DNA from: Methanocaldococcus jannaschii DSM 2661 | GTDB taxonomy: Archaea > AGJL01 > Methanococci > Methanococcales > Methanocaldococcaceae | Direction: 5' to 3' | Length of the DNA: 32,000 nucleotides | Assembly: GCF_000091665.1 (NCBI RefSeq) | Contig: NC_000909.1 | Coordinates: forward strand, 1,546,838 to 1,578,837 | Shown: positions 25,248 to 32,000 of the stretch, piece after piece | Layout: each line of letters opens with the position of its first letter | Numbering within the stretch: the first letter of the stretch is position 1 | Notes under the pieces: generated by a model | What the model was told of the DNA's origin: nothing | Seen by the model: the letters and a program-made list of their open reading frames with translations, nothing else | Databases searched by the model: none | Made by a program: the position numbers and the translations under genes

Positions 25248-26081
25248 TTATATCTTCAATCCTCTTCTTCTCAACTCTTCATAAATCTCCTTAGGAACTT
25301 TAGGTTTTTCCAATTCCTTCTTAGCTTTTTCTTTAGATAACAAACCCAACCTAACAAGTGTAGCAATCCTATCAATCTCAAAGCTAAACCCATATTTATC
25401 ATAAAATCTCTCTAATGCAACTCCTAAAACTAAGCAGTTTGTTGTATAACCACCCAAATCTGGTTTTTTCCAAGGTAAATCTTCTAACATTTTATATTTC
25501 TCCTCTTCTTTAAATTTATAGGGTGCTAATAACCTTATCATTTTTATGCCTTCCTTCATCTCCCTTATTGCAGAGTGTCCGAAAGGTAACTCATGCCCAG
25601 TAATTATATACTTCAATCCCAACAATTTAGTAACTCTCCAAACCTCTCTCAATATAAGCCTTGAGCATCTCCTACAAGGACTTTCTCCTCTTTTTATTGC
25701 ATCTTCAAATAAATCTGTGTAATCTCTATTTAATATCATTAAATCTACTTGATAATGTTTTGTTACATTTAAAGCGTTTTCTATGGCTTCTTTAGCCATA
25801 TACTTATTATCAACCATAACACATAATGGATTTAATTTAAATTTCTCTTTTAATAATTTTAATGCTAAAACACTATCTTTTCCACCAGAAAATGCTAAAA
25901 TGCAATGATATTTTCCTCCCTCTTTTTTTAAATTATATAAAATTTCTTCAACCTCTTTTTTCATCTTCTCAAAGTTTGGAGGATATTTTAACATTGTTAA
26001 ACAATCTACACATATTGGCTTCCCTTCATAGTTAATTATCTTTTTTGTTTTTGAGGTATGAACACAGATTGAACATTTCAT
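25248..26081 (-). CDS. PP-loop (adenine nucleotide alpha-hydrolase) superfamily ATPase with an N-terminal zinc ribbon
   Basis: The PP-loop is AFSGGKDS. Cys pairs are CSIC..CVDC at the N-terminus and CRRC internally. It lies 15 nt upstream of, and co-oriented with, the CobT-like gene. Confidence 0.7.
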   Translation of the reverse strand: MKCSICVHTSKTKKIINYEGKPICVDCLTMLKYPPNFEKMKKEVEEILYNLKKEGGKYHCILAFSGGKDSVLALKLLKEKFKLNPLCVMVDNKYMAKEAIENALNVTKHYQVDLMILNRDYTDLFEDAIKRGESPCRRCSRLILREVWRVTKLLGLKYIITGHELPFGHSAIREMKEGIKMIRLLAPYKFKEEEKYKMLEDLPWKKPDLGGYTTNCLVLGVALERFYDKYGFSFEIDRIATLVRLGLLSKEKAKKELEKPKVPKEIYEELRRRGLKI

Positions 26082-26158
26082 GGTCTCACAGAATAATATT
26101 TTTATATATAAAGGATAATTTAACTACCATAGAGTTAAATTAATGTAAGGGGAGACAG

Positions 26159-26692
26159 ATGTTTTATAGGTTGTTGTTTGCATCACTTTGGTATATATTG
26201 CCAGCTTATGTTGCAAATGCATCAGCATGTATATTTGGCGGAGGTACTCCAGTAGATTTGGGAAAAAATTTTATTGATGGAAGGAGATTAATAGGTAATG
26301 GAGTAACATATAGAGGTTGCATTTTCGGAATTTTATGTGGAACGTTAGTTGGATTAATTCAGGGAATTTTAGTAGATTTTAATATTTTTAATAGCTTAGA
26401 TTTTTATGGCACTGTTTTAGACCATGTTATATTGGCTTTCTTTTTATCAGTCGGGGCTATTGTTGGTGATGCAGTAGGTAGCTTTATAAAAAGAAGGTTA
26501 AATATTGAAAGAGGAAAGCCAGCTCCGTTATTAGACCAACTTGACTTTGTTATAGGAGCTTTAGCATTTGGTTATATTGTTGCTCCAATACCCTATGAGA
26601 TGATAATTATAATCTGTTTATTTACTGTCTTTGTTCATCTACTTGGAAACATAATTGCCTATAAATTAGGCATTAAAGATGTGTGGTGGTAA
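26159..26692 (+). CDS. carS: CDP-archaeol synthase (DUF46/UPF0290 family)
   Basis: It is a 177-aa five-TM protein. It begins WYILPAYVANA and has GDAVGSFIKRR, typical of the CarS family. Confidence 0.7.
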   Translation: MFYRLLFASLWYILPAYVANASACIFGGGTPVDLGKNFIDGRRLIGNGVTYRGCIFGILCGTLVGLIQGILVDFNIFNSLDFYGTVLDHVILAFFLSVGAIVGDAVGSFIKRRLNIERGKPAPLLDQLDFVIGALAFGYIVAPIPYEMIIIICLFTVFVHLLGNIIAYKLGIKDVWW

Positions 26693-26695
26693 AAT

Positions 26696-27178
26696 ATGAT
26701 TACAATAGATATTGAGTTAAAAGACAAACCTGGAGAATTGTTGAGAGTTTTAACTCCAATTTCAAAATACGGGGCTAATGTAATAAGCATTATTCACTCA
26801 AGAGAGGAAAAAAGAGGAGGGAAAGTTCCTGTAAGGATTGTTATTGATGTTGATGATAAAGATAAATTAAAAAAGATTTTAGAAGATTTAGAAAAAGAGG
26901 GAGCTATAATTAAAAAAATAGATGGAAAAGATAAGAAGGTTTATTTAGATGTTGTTGTTATAGGGCACGTTGTTGATACCAACGTGAGAGACACAATAGA
27001 CAGAATAAATGAGATAGGACTTGTTGAAGATTTAGATTTGATTATGCCACATCCAGATAAAGAATCATCAGCAATGATGAGAATTATCGTTGATGAGGAT
27101 AAGATAGAGGAGCTTTTTTACTTATTTGAAGAGTTAGAAAAAGAAAAAGGATTGTTATTCATAAAATCCATATTTTAA
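26696..27178 (+). CDS. ACT-domain protein (probable regulatory partner of homoserine dehydrogenase)
   Basis: The N-terminal ACT fold signature is [23 protein letters not shown]. It starts 4 nt after carS and lies immediately upstream of hom. Confidence 0.65.
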
Positions 27179-27197
27179 ATAAAATTTTGGTGAGAGG

Positions 27198-28208
27198 ATG
27201 GATATAATTATAGTAGGATTTGGAGCTATAGGAAAAGGAATTGCTAAGGTCTTGTATGATAAAAAAGATTATTTAAAAAAGAACTATGAGGAATTTAAGG
27301 TTGTTGCTATAACAGATAGCTCTGGAGCTGCAATAGATGAAGATGGCTTAGATTTACTAAAAGCAATAGAAGTTAAAGAAAAAACTGGAAAGATTAAAAA
27401 TTATCCAGAGAAAGGAAGAGAGATGAGTTCAATAGATGTTATAAAAGAAGTTGATGCGGATGTTGTTGTTGAAGTAACACCATCAAACTTAGAAACAGGA
27501 GACCCAGCTAAAACTCATATATTAGAAAGCTTTAAAAATAAAAAACACGTTGTAACAGCTAATAAAGGACCGTTAGCTTTATGTTATAAGGAGTTGATTG
27601 AAGAGGCAAAAAAACATGGAGTTATTTTCAGACATGAGGCTTCAGTTGGAGGGGCAATGCCAATAATAAACTTGGCTAAAGAGACATTAGCAGGAAATGA
27701 AATTTTATCAATAAGGGGAATTTTAAATGGAACAACCAACTACATACTAACAAAAATGGAGAAAGAGGGTTTAGATTTTGAAACTGCATTAAAAGAGGCT
27801 AAAGAGCTTGGAATAGCTGAAACAGACCCAACTCAAGATATTGAGGGTTTAGACACTGCAGCAAAGATTGTTATCTTAGCAAACTCAATTATGGGCATGA
27901 ATAAAACAATAAAAGATGTAAAAGTTAAGGGAATAAGTAGAATAACTCCAGAAGCTCTATTTTTAGCTAATAAAAGAGGATACACAATAAAATTAATTGG
28001 ACAGATTAAAGATGGCTATTTAATTGTTGAGCCAATGCTTGTTCCAATAGACAGCCCATTAAATGTCAAGGGAACTTTAAACGTTGCAATGTTTGAAACT
28101 GATTTGGCAAAAGAGGTTGTAGTTGTTGGAAGAGGAGCTGGACCTATAGAAACAGCTTCAGCTATTTTAAGTGATTTAATCCATATCTACAATTCTACTA
28201 AAAAATAA
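27198..28208 (+). CDS. hom: Homoserine dehydrogenase
   Basis: The NAD-binding sequence is [29 protein letters not shown] and [10 protein letters not shown] motifs are present. SD GGTGAGAGG lies upstream. Confidence 0.93.
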   Translation: MDIIIVGFGAIGKGIAKVLYDKKDYLKKNYEEFKVVAITDSSGAAIDEDGLDLLKAIEVKEKTGKIKNYPEKGREMSSIDVIKEVDADVVVEVTPSNLETGDPAKTHILESFKNKKHVVTANKGPLALCYKELIEEAKKHGVIFRHEASVGGAMPIINLAKETLAGNEILSIRGILNGTTNYILTKMEKEGLDFETALKEAKELGIAETDPTQDIEGLDTAAKIVILANSIMGMNKTIKDVKVKGISRITPEALFLANKRGYTIKLIGQIKDGYLIVEPMLVPIDSPLNVKGTLNVAMFETDLAKEVVVVGRGAGPIETASAILSDLIHIYNSTKK

Positions 28209-28681
28209 TTTAATTTTTTGTGTTACATATTTATATGGGTTCCGTAGATATTATATTTTAGAATTTTACTATTAAGGTTTTTATGGGATTTTCAATTTTG
28301 TTAATTGATTTATTGATTGTCTTGTTGTATAAGTTTGGAATTTAGAAATGAGAGTATTTAGGAATTATTTATTTATTTAGAGGTTTTAAATTTAATTTCT
28401 AAGGGTTAGCTGGTTTGATTATTTAGAATATTTGAGTTTATTGAATTATTCAGATTTTTAAAAATTAGGATTAATTAGGCAAGTAAATAAAATTTCTCTA
28501 ACAAATAAGTTAAATTTTTGGATTTAAAAAGATAAAAATACTCTGTTTTATTATGGAAAGAAAGATTTAAATACTAAAGGGTTTATATTATGGAGTAGTT
28601 ACTTACCCTTAGAAAAATATGGTATAGAAAAGCTTAAATATTGGGAGAGTTGAAGTATATTATGTTGTGAATGATTGCCCT
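28203..28681 (+). promoter_or_regulatory. CRISPR leader 2 (paralogue of leader 1)
   Basis: It aligns with 23064-23536. The same TATA-like GCTTAAATATT (28632-28642) lies 40 nt before repeat 1. It shares the last ~30 nt ..GAAGTATATTATGTTGTGAATGATTGCCCT with leader 1. Confidence 0.8.
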
Positions 28682-29546
28682 ATTAAAATAAGACCGTTTC
28701 GGAATGGAAATCGTAAATGGTTCGTCTTTATTGACTAAAAACACAGTTTATTAAAATAAGACCGTTTCGGAATGGAAATTGGGAAATATAAGTCAGAGAT
28801 TGATGCTTTGGCAGATTAAAATAAGACCGTTTCGGAATGGAAATAAAAGATGTTGAGAGATGCATTTATTCATAAGAAATTTATTAGATTAAAATAAGAC
28901 CGTTTCGGAATGGAAATTCCTTATGAAGTATTTAACTATGACGACATGAAGTTATTAAAATAAGACCGTTTCGGAATGGAAATAAACTACCGTCTGCACA
29001 AACAGCTACCATTAATCTTAATATTAAAATAAGACCGTTTCGGAATGGAAATGATATTTCAGCAGATGTTTATCTGCTTCATTTAATTGAACCTCATTAA
29101 AATAAGACCGTTTCGGAATGGAAATTGGAGGGATTTTCATTTTTTAAATTTGATAATGTATTTGAAGAATTAAAATAAGACCGTTTCGGAATGGAAATAG
29201 TTTTCACCCCAAAAAACACTATTGTCCTTTCTTATTAAAATAAGACCGTTTCGGAATGGAAATTTTAATTAAGCTTAGATAATCTTGAATATTTTTTCTT
29301 GTAAAATTAAAATCAGACCGTTTCGGAATGGAAATACACATATTGATAAGGTAGAAGTATCAGTAAATGGACATTTATTAAAATAAGACCGTTTCGGAAT
29401 GGAAATCGCAATCATTAATAAATCCCAATACATCGATACAAAAAATTAAAATAAGACCGTTTCGGAATGGAAATAATTGTAATATAATCATCGAAACTCC
29501 AACCATAATCCCTATAATTAAAATCAGACCAATTCGGGATAAAACA
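28682..29546 (+). CRISPR. CRISPR array 2: 12 clear repeats plus 1 degenerate terminal repeat
   Basis: The 30-nt repeat is ATTAAAATAAGACCGTTTCGGAATGGAAAT. Starts are at 28682, 28750, 28815, 28888, 28954, 29023, 29096, 29169, 29234, 29306 (A9C variant), 29377 and 29445. A degenerate repeat starts at 29517 (ATTAAAATCAGACCAATTCGGGATAAAACA). Spacers are 35-43 nt and unique. Confidence 0.95.
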
Positions 29547-29631
29547 CAAAAATAATATTATTTTCTTTTTCTTCATTATATTTATATATTTAAATCTATA
29601 AATTACAAAAACTTTTTATAACATTCTTAAT

Positions 29632-29727
29632 ACAGGACTTTCACAGTCTATATATTGAGTTTGGAATTTTGATGCCAAAGGCATCTTTTTACATTAAATA
29701 ATATCTTATCCTCTGTGAAAGTCCTGT
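29632..29727. repeat. MITE-like element, family F, copy F3
   Basis: It has perfect 15-bp TIRs ACAGGACTTTCACAG and CTGTGAAAGTCCTGT. The core GGAATTTTGATGCCAAAGGCATCTTT (hairpin 29671-29685) is identical to F1. Confidence 0.75.
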
Positions 29728-29769
29728 AATATTTCAATAACAACCACAAAGCCAGAAAAGAGGGATATA

Positions 29770-30450
29770 GTGTCAAATGAAGATTTAAAATTAAAAGTAG
29801 CTAAGGAAGCAGTGAAGTTAGTTAAAGATGGAATGGTTATTGGATTAGGAACCGGTTCAACAGCAGCTTTATTCATCAGAGAACTTGGAAATAGAATTAG
29901 AGAAGAGGAGCTAACAGTCTTCGGAATTCCAACATCATTTGAAGCTAAAATGCTGGCTATGCAGTATGAAATTCCATTAGTTACATTAGATGAGTACGAT
30001 GTTGATATTGCCTTTGATGGAGCTGATGAAGTTGAGGAAACAACTCTCTTTTTAATAAAAGGAGGTGGAGGCTGCCATACTCAAGAAAAAATAGTTGATT
30101 ACAACGCAAATGAATTTGTTGTTTTAGTTGATGAAAGTAAATTAGTTAAAAAATTAGGGGAAAAGTTCCCAATCCCTGTGGAAGTTATTCCTTCAGCTTA
30201 TAGGGTTGTAATAAGAGCTTTATCAGAAATGGGAGGAGAGGCAGTAATTAGATTAGGAGACAGAAAAAGAGGACCTGTTATAACAGACAACGGAAATATG
30301 ATTATTGATGTATTTATGAACATAGATGACGCTATAGAACTTGAGAAAGAAATTAATAACATTCCTGGAGTAGTTGAAAATGGTATCTTTACAAAGGTAG
30401 ATAAGGTTTTAGTTGGAACTAAAAAAGGAGTAAAAACACTTAAAAAATAA
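29770..30450 (+). CDS. rpiA: Ribose-5-phosphate isomerase A
   Basis: It has GLGTGST, DGADE and KGGGG motifs. The GTG start is preceded by GAGGGA. Confidence 0.93.
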   Translation: MSNEDLKLKVAKEAVKLVKDGMVIGLGTGSTAALFIRELGNRIREEELTVFGIPTSFEAKMLAMQYEIPLVTLDEYDVDIAFDGADEVEETTLFLIKGGGGCHTQEKIVDYNANEFVVLVDESKLVKKLGEKFPIPVEVIPSAYRVVIRALSEMGGEAVIRLGDRKRGPVITDNGNMIIDVFMNIDDAIELEKEINNIPGVVENGIFTKVDKVLVGTKKGVKTLKK

Positions 30451-30461
30451 AAAATTAGTTT

Positions 30462-31880
<1,419 letters not shown>

Positions 31881-31893
31881 TTAGAAATATTAT

Positions 31894-32000
31894 TTATTGT
31901 TTAATCAATCTCCAGCAAATTTTTTTCTCCTCTTCAACTGCTGGTTGATTGTAGGCGTTTATATTGTAAAGCTCCCCCATAAAACCAACTTGCATCTCAT
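31894..32000 (-). CDS. pgi: C-terminal fragment of glucose-6-phosphate isomerase; 5' end lies outside the window
   Basis: The minus-strand frame reads ..EMQVGFMGELYNINAYNQPAVEEEKKICWRLIKQ*. The IN.(Y/F).QP.VE..K block is the conserved PGI C-terminal motif. Confidence 0.65.
   Translation of the reverse strand, partial: EMQVGFMGELYNINAYNQPAVEEEKKICWRLIKQ

Noticed and set aside
24442-25284. Plus-strand ORFs 24442..24831 and 25090..25284.
   Set aside because: They lie antisense to the CobT-like gene.

Overview
This window is AT-rich archaeal chromosomal DNA. The protein set matches my memory of Methanocaldococcus jannaschii, roughly loci MJ1572 to MJ1605: SerB, PurC/PurS, GlyA, PyrB, ADP-dependent PFK/GK and a selenocysteine-containing SelD. 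That attribution is recollection and cannot be verified here. Most of the window is tightly packed housekeeping genes, often translationally coupled and usually preceded by GGTGA-type Shine-Dalgarno sequences. Seven things go beyond the ORF track. (1) selD starts about 120 nt upstream of the listed ORF and reads through an in-frame UGA (Sec). A textbook archaeal SECIS hairpin lies in its 3' UTR. A 21-nt perfect complementarity also links the sequence just after the UGA to the 3' UTR just before the SECIS. (2) A truncated YedE-like (selenium-associated) membrane ORF sits directly upstream of selD. (3) There are two CRISPR arrays with no cas genes in the window. Each sits behind a ~475-bp near-duplicate leader that abuts the stop codon of a housekeeping gene (glyA, hom). 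Array 1 switches repeat type part-way through, with both arms of the repeat hairpin changed together. (4) At least two families of short MITE-like intergenic elements have terminal inverted repeats and GC-rich hairpin cores. They occur as whole, nested and fragmentary copies in six intergenic regions. One hairpin fragment sits at the 3' end of cbiF between a duplicated copy of the gene's last codons. (5) Five apparent reading-frame breaks occur: two in a helicase, and one each in a PHP-domain gene, a membrane protein gene and the YedE-like gene. These are either real decay or errors in the underlying sequence. (6) I found no rRNA or tRNA genes and no transposase or integrase. (7) About twenty ORFs in the track are antisense shadows and are rejected.
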